DNA of 64,000 nt from NCBI RefSeq assembly GCF_964355755.1, contig NC_092670.1:31918388-31982387 (forward strand), in the 5' to 3' direction. Under the pieces are notes generated by a model. That model made no database searches and had not been told where the DNA came from. It saw nothing but the letters and a program-made list of their open reading frames with translations. Below, in pieces: positions 63,761-64,000 of the stretch (position 1 is the stretch's first letter; each line of letters starts with the position of its first letter). A program made the position numbers and the translations under genes. The stretch is from Antedon mediterranea (lineage: Eukaryota; Animalia; Echinodermata).

Positions 63761-64000
63761 ATTTATTAATAAGTAATTAATGTTTTTTACCCAGTCATCA
63801 ATGTCAACCCCACTTCCTTGTCTTCCAGTAAACACTAGCTAGGCCTATAATTTGAAATTTTCCTTCATTTTCATCAGACCTGGGCCTATCTGAAGCAGCA
63901 GAACTACTAACAGTCTCTAGGCCTAGCCCAACATTCCAATAGGTGGTTTAACAGAATGTTTCCCTCCAAGTATTTCATTCAGTGCGTGGTAATGCAGACT

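Overview
AT-rich eukaryotic (metazoan, probably marine invertebrate) genomic DNA with spliceosomal introns; nothing here is prokaryotic and there is no CRISPR array. Left third: two tandem minus-strand paralogues (CDS 9973-1201, 799 aa; CDS 21692-15674, 797 aa). Each has 13 coding exons with identical intron phases, a TATA promoter and a short non-coding first exon. Both encode secreted proteins with an unusual architecture: signal peptide, 'THYRGGTFYW' Sib/integrin-beta-like-type N-terminal region, Ig-like and SbsA/Big_5-like domains, a complete zona pellucida (ZP) module, a furin site and no membrane anchor. All 25 cysteines are conserved. This pair is the best candidate for an undescribed system (an adhesive or extracellular-filament heteropolymer). 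Middle: about 20 kb of gene-poor, repeat-rich DNA with a 5'-truncated LINE whose RT frame is intact, plus many MITEs. 43.0-57.0 kb: a 13-exon LCMT2/TYW4 gene on the + strand with one GC-AG intron and several intronic transposons. Right end: a scrambled composite of a duplicated Sola-like DNA transposon segment, a deleted DIRS/Ngaro tyrosine-recombinase retroelement and a Gypsy gag-protease fragment. All family and domain assignments are from motif recognition by eye, not database searches.
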